Part shown: positions 59,403 through 64,000 of the stretch, piece after piece
Numbering within the stretch: position 1 is the first letter of the stretch
Layout of the letters: each line of letters begins with the position of its first letter
NCBI GenBank assembly: GCA_965205505.1
Contig: CBDBHB010000008.1
Coordinates: 736,001-800,000 of the forward strand
Direction of reading: 5' to 3'
Origin: Acidobacteriota bacterium
GTDB lineage: Bacteria; Acidobacteriota; UBA890; WLXD01
DNA: 64,000 nucleotides
Notes under the pieces: generated by a model
The model's database searches: none
What the model was told of the DNA's origin: nothing
Seen by the model: the letters and a program-made list of their open reading frames with translations, nothing else
Program-made: the position numbers and the translations under genes

Positions 59403-59700
59403 TCACCATCTACTGGCGCGACATTCCAGCGCAGGTCATCGGCCGCAGCGGCCGTTCCCGCGTCAAGGTCGAGCTGCCGCCGCGGTTTGCGCGAGCGATC
59501 GACAGCGCGGCGATGCGCGCCGGCCGCGGTGGTAGCGACGAGTACCTCGCCGATTGGCGACGCGATCGCCAACCGTGCTCCGGGAATCTCGAGGAGGAGG
59601 TGGCCGCGCAGGTCGCACAACTCGAAAGCGAGTTCTCCGAAAGCACGCTACGAGCCATAGTCCAGGCCAACGGCCTGGCGCAAACTCGTGAGCCAACCCA

Positions 59701-59704
<4 letters not shown>
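59390..59704 (+). CDS. 'Virulence factor' (Virulence_fact) domain protein of corrinoid clusters
   Basis: YWRDIPAQV, RF..AIDSAAM, YLADWRR. Confidence 0.75.
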
Positions 59705-60600
<896 letters not shown>

Positions 60601-60607
60601 ACGGACA

Positions 60608-62629
60608 GTGGCACAGCCCGACGCGCTGATCGTTTTCACCCCCTCGGGAAAGCGTGGGCGATTCGCCCTCGACACGCCGATCCTCGACGCTGCTCGGCAG
60701 CTCGGGGTCGATGTCGATTCGGTGTGCGGCGGGCGCGGCATCTGCGGCCGCTGCCAGGTGACGCTGAGCGAGGGCGAATTCGCCAAGCACGGAATTACCT
60801 CGCAGGCAGACCACCTGACACCGCTGTCTGAGCCTGAACACCGCTACGCGGACAAGAGTGGGCTCGGGAAGGACCGCAGGTTGAGCTGCCACACACGGCT
60901 GCGCGGCGACGTGGTCATCGACGTGCCGGCGAGCAGCCAGGTACACCGCCAGGTCGTGCGCAAAGAGCTCGACGCACGTGACATCGAGCTCGATCCGGTG
61001 GTCCGATTGCACTTCGTCGAGGTGGCAGAGCCCGACATGGACGATCCGAGGGCGGACCTCGAACGGCTTTGCGACGCGCTGGAACGCGAGTGGGGGGTAA
61101 CCGACCTGACTTGCGATCCGACCGCGCTCCGCCGACTCCAACCGGCACTCCGCGACGGCAAGTGGTCGGTGACGGTGGCGGTGCGCGAGGGCAGCGAGAT
61201 CATCGCCGTCTGGCCAGGTTTTCTCGACACCATCTACGGCATGGCGGTGGATGTCGGCTCGACCACCATTGCGGCACATCTTTGCGATCTTTTCACCGGG
61301 GTGGTCGCAGCCAGCGCCGGGCTCATGAATCCCCAGATCCGGTTCGGCGAGGACCTCATGAGCCGGGTCTCCTACGTGATGATGAACCCCGGCGGTGAGG
61401 AACAGCTGACCAAGGTTGTCCGCGAGGCCATCGCCACGCTGGTGGCAGAGGTGAGCGCGGCCGCTGGTGTGTCACCGAGCGACATACTCGAAATCACCCT
61501 CGTCGGCAATCCGGTGATGCACCATCTGTTGCTCGGCATCGATCCGACGCCGCTGGGAACCGCGCCGTTCGCGCTGGCCACCGAACGCGCCACGACGCTG
61601 CCTGCCAGGCAACTCAAGCTCGGAGTTCACCCCGGAGCTCGAGCCTACCTTCTACCCTGTATCGCCGGCCACGTCGGTGCCGATACCGCCGGCATGCTGC
61701 TGGCGGAAGCACCGTACCGCGACGATGTGATCACGCTGCTGGTCGACGTGGGGACGAATGCCGAGCTCGTGCTCGGAAACCGCAAGAGCTTGGTGGCGGC
61801 CTCGAGCCCCACCGGGCCCGCCTTCGAGGGAGCACAGATCAGCTGCGGCCAGCGCGCCGCGCCAGGCGCGATCGAAAGAGTGCGTATCGATCGCGACACA
61901 CTGGAGCCGCGGTTCAAGGTCATCGGCTGCGAGCTCTGGTCGGACGACCCCGAGTTCGCCGGACAGACGAGCTCAACGGGCGTCACTGGTGTCTGCGGCT
62001 CCGGTATCATCGAGGTGGTTGCCGAGATGTACCTGACCGGCATCATCGACGAGGACGGCGCGCTCGACGGGCGGCTTGCTGAGCGTAGCCCCCGGATCGT
62101 AGCGGACGGCCGTACGCATGCCTACGTATTGCACGAAGGCGAGCCCTGCGTGCGCATCGTCCAGAACGATGTTCGTGCGATTCAGCTGGCCAAAGGCGCC
62201 CTATACGCAGGTGCCCGCCTGTTGATGGAGCGCTTGGGCGTCGAGAAAGTGGATCGCATCCGGCTGGCGGGCGCCTTCGGCAGCCATATCGACGTGAAAT
62301 ACGCCATGGTGCTGGGCATGATCCCCGACTGCGACTTGAGCCACGTCTCCTCGGCTGGCAACGCTGCCGGTGCCGGCGCGCGCATCGCGCTGCTCGACGC
62401 TAGCGCCCGCGCCGAGATCGAAATCTGGGTGCGCCGCATCGAGAAGGTGGAGACGGCGGTGGCCGACAGCTTTCAGCATCACTTCGTCAACGCGATGGCC
62501 ATACCGAACAAAGAGGCGCCGTTCCCTGAGCTAGCCAAGGTCGTATCACTGCCTACGCCGAAGCAGGCTACCGACACCGATCGGCGCGGTCGGCGCGGTC
62601 GGCGGCGGCGCGGCCCACCGACGAGCTGA
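60608..62629 (+). CDS. ASKHA-type ATP-dependent corrinoid reductive activator (RamA/RACE, DUF4445) with N-terminal [2Fe-2S]
   Basis: CGGRGICGRC...RLSC, DVGSTT, GEDLMSR, DVGTNAE, GPAFEG, CGSG, AGAFG, GNAA; Arg-rich tail. Confidence 0.9.
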   Translation: MAQPDALIVFTPSGKRGRFALDTPILDAARQLGVDVDSVCGGRGICGRCQVTLSEGEFAKHGITSQADHLTPLSEPEHRYADKSGLGKDRRLSCHTRLRGDVVIDVPASSQVHRQVVRKELDARDIELDPVVRLHFVEVAEPDMDDPRADLERLCDALEREWGVTDLTCDPTALRRLQPALRDGKWSVTVAVREGSEIIAVWPGFLDTIYGMAVDVGSTTIAAHLCDLFTGVVAASAGLMNPQIRFGEDLMSRVSYVMMNPGGEEQLTKVVREAIATLVAEVSAAAGVSPSDILEITLVGNPVMHHLLLGIDPTPLGTAPFALATERATTLPARQLKLGVHPGARAYLLPCIAGHVGADTAGMLLAEAPYRDDVITLLVDVGTNAELVLGNRKSLVAASSPTGPAFEGAQISCGQRAAPGAIERVRIDRDTLEPRFKVIGCELWSDDPEFAGQTSSTGVTGVCGSGIIEVVAEMYLTGIIDEDGALDGRLAERSPRIVADGRTHAYVLHEGEPCVRIVQNDVRAIQLAKGALYAGARLLMERLGVEKVDRIRLAGAFGSHIDVKYAMVLGMIPDCDLSHVSSAGNAAGAGARIALLDASARAEIEIWVRRIEKVETAVADSFQHHFVNAMAIPNKEAPFPELAKVVSLPTPKQATDTDRRGRRGRRRRGPPTS

Positions 62630-62635
62630 GCGTCG

Positions 62636-64000
62636 TCAGGCCTGCCGCGCCTTTCGGCGGCGCTTTCTCTTGCGCGGCACCGGACCCGCAGCGTTCCCGC
62701 CAGTCCCTCGCGTCACCGGGGTAGGCACGTACGGTAGCTCTTCCTGCGACTCGAAGCCCGACGTGATCAGGCGCTCCAGCTCGGCTACGATCGCGGCATC
62801 GGTGTCGAGTGGCTCGTACTTGGCGAGTCGTTCCTCGACCTCGTCGGCAGCCCGCTCAGGAAGCTCCTTGCCGCCCTGCTTGATCCAGGCCTCGCGGTTC
62901 TCGCGGTCCACGACGGGGCTGGTGAGATAGAGTTCCTGCGGCCAATGCTCGAGCGTGTGCTCAGCGGTGATCAGGTGGTTTTCCGCCATCAGCTCGGTCG
63001 CCAGGTGGGCAACCGGCAGGTCGTCCAGTGTGCGGATCTCACGCACGAAGTGGAGCGCCTGCCCACACATCTCATCGTCGAACACGAGCTTCGCGAGGCT
63101 GAAGACGAGCACGAAATCGAGCATCCCGGGACCCGATACCGAGTTGACACCGGCCAACGCCGCCAGCAACGCCGACCCGAACGTCTCGGCGCCCGCCTGT
63201 GCATCGAGAAGCTTGCCATCGCTGAGCGCCATGTACGCTTGAGTGGGCAAGTCGAGTGACTTGGCAACGGCAACATAGGCAGTATCCAGCTGCAGCGCTT
63301 CGATCGCCGCCATCGGCGCGCTCGCCGCTTTCATGTGGAAGGTCGCCGGTGCCCCTCCGAAGATTACCGGTGTCCCCTGCCGAACGATCTGGGCCATCGT
63401 AAGCCCCGCGAGCACGTCGATGGTGTGAAACACCGTCGCCCCTACCAGCGTCACCGGTGCGATAAGCCCCATCAGGGTGACCGGGACGATCTCAACCGGA
63501 ATTCCCCGCTCGGCACAGTCGATGATGTTCTGGCACGAGTCCTCGCCATAGCGGAAGTTTCCCGTCGCGGTGATCGTGAAGATCGACATCGGGCGTGCCA
63601 TCAGATCGGCCGCGTCGTCGCGGAACAGCCGCATCATGTCCGCCATCCGAGGCACACCGTGTTCCGTGAAAGCTCCCGACACCACCGGCTTGCGGCTATT
63701 GGTCAGACAAATATAGAGCCGCCACGCATCGGAAACCTGCGCCTCGATGTCGTCGTTGGTGGAGAACGCAGTGGCAAGATAGGCAATGTTCGTGAGCCCG
63801 TCGCACAACCGGACGTACTCGGTGAAGTCGGTGGAGTTGGCTAACCGCGTCTCGCCGGTGCGATGGTCCAGGACTTTTAGTCCGCTCGAGCCCGGAACAA
63901 AGTGCACGTTGTTGCCGCCAATCTCCGTGTAGGCAGAACCGTGCCGATCAAACAAGGTGAACGACTTGGGAATGCTGGCGATCGCCGCCTCCACCACGTC
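62636..64000 (-). CDS. Trimethylamine methyltransferase (MttB) superfamily, non-pyrrolysine; 5' end outside window
   Basis: [36 protein letters not shown]...S..KLV.D.E, HTLEH; no in-frame TAG in the visible part. Confidence 0.88.
   Translation of the reverse strand, partial: DVVEAAIASIPKSFTLFDRHGSAYTEIGGNNVHFVPGSSGLKVLDHRTGETRLANSTDFTEYVRLCDGLTNIAYLATAFSTNDDIEAQVSDAWRLYICLTNSRKPVVSGAFTEHGVPRMADMMRLFRDDAADLMARPMSIFTITATGNFRYGEDSCQNIIDCAERGIPVEIVPVTLMGLIAPVTLVGATVFHTIDVLAGLTMAQIVRQGTPVIFGGAPATFHMKAASAPMAAIEALQLDTAYVAVAKSLDLPTQAYMALSDGKLLDAQAGAETFGSALLAALAGVNSVSGPGMLDFVLVFSLAKLVFDDEMCGQALHFVREIRTLDDLPVAHLATELMAENHLITAEHTLEHWPQELYLTSPVVDRENREAWIKQGGKELPERAADEVEERLAKYEPLDTDAAIVAELERLITSGFESQEELPYVPTPVTRGTGGNAAGPVPRKRKRRRKARQA

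Noticed and set aside
62582-62599. 9-bp tandem repeat CGGCGCGGT x2 as an independent repeat element
   Set aside because: It simply encodes part of the Arg-rich tail (RRG RRG) covered in the docking-tag finding.

Overview
High-GC bacterial chromosomal segment. The gene content (VPS10/BNR, DUF5916, M14, LVIVD, PadR, many Tat/Sec-exported hydrolases) suggests Acidobacteriota or a similar heterotroph, but this is inference. Most genes are exported hydrolases/oxidoreductases and transporters with an amine/amide/N-methyl catabolism theme: tandem GcvT/DmdA-like demethylases, a spermidine dehydrogenase-like flavoprotein, a DMFase-like enzyme, D-aminoacylase and a Tat-signal deacetylase. Also present are a PaoABC-like Mo-hydroxylase with an added cytochrome b subunit and, at the right end, a corrinoid methyl-transfer cluster (corrinoid protein, DUF1638 remnant, 'virulence factor'-domain protein, pterin-binding methyltransferase, RamA/RACE activator, non-pyrrolysine MttB). 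Mobile DNA consists of a decayed IS110-superfamily (IS1111-type) element with a candidate bridge/seekRNA loop matching its own target, two copies of a 271-bp MITE with 30-bp TIRs, and one solo TIR. Several genes carry frameshifts, nonsense codons or internal deletions. The most intriguing signal is that all three enzymes expected to dock on the corrinoid protein end in poly-Arg tails while the corrinoid protein begins with a strongly acidic segment. No rRNA, tRNA or CRISPR array was seen. All product calls are from motif recognition by eye, not database searches.
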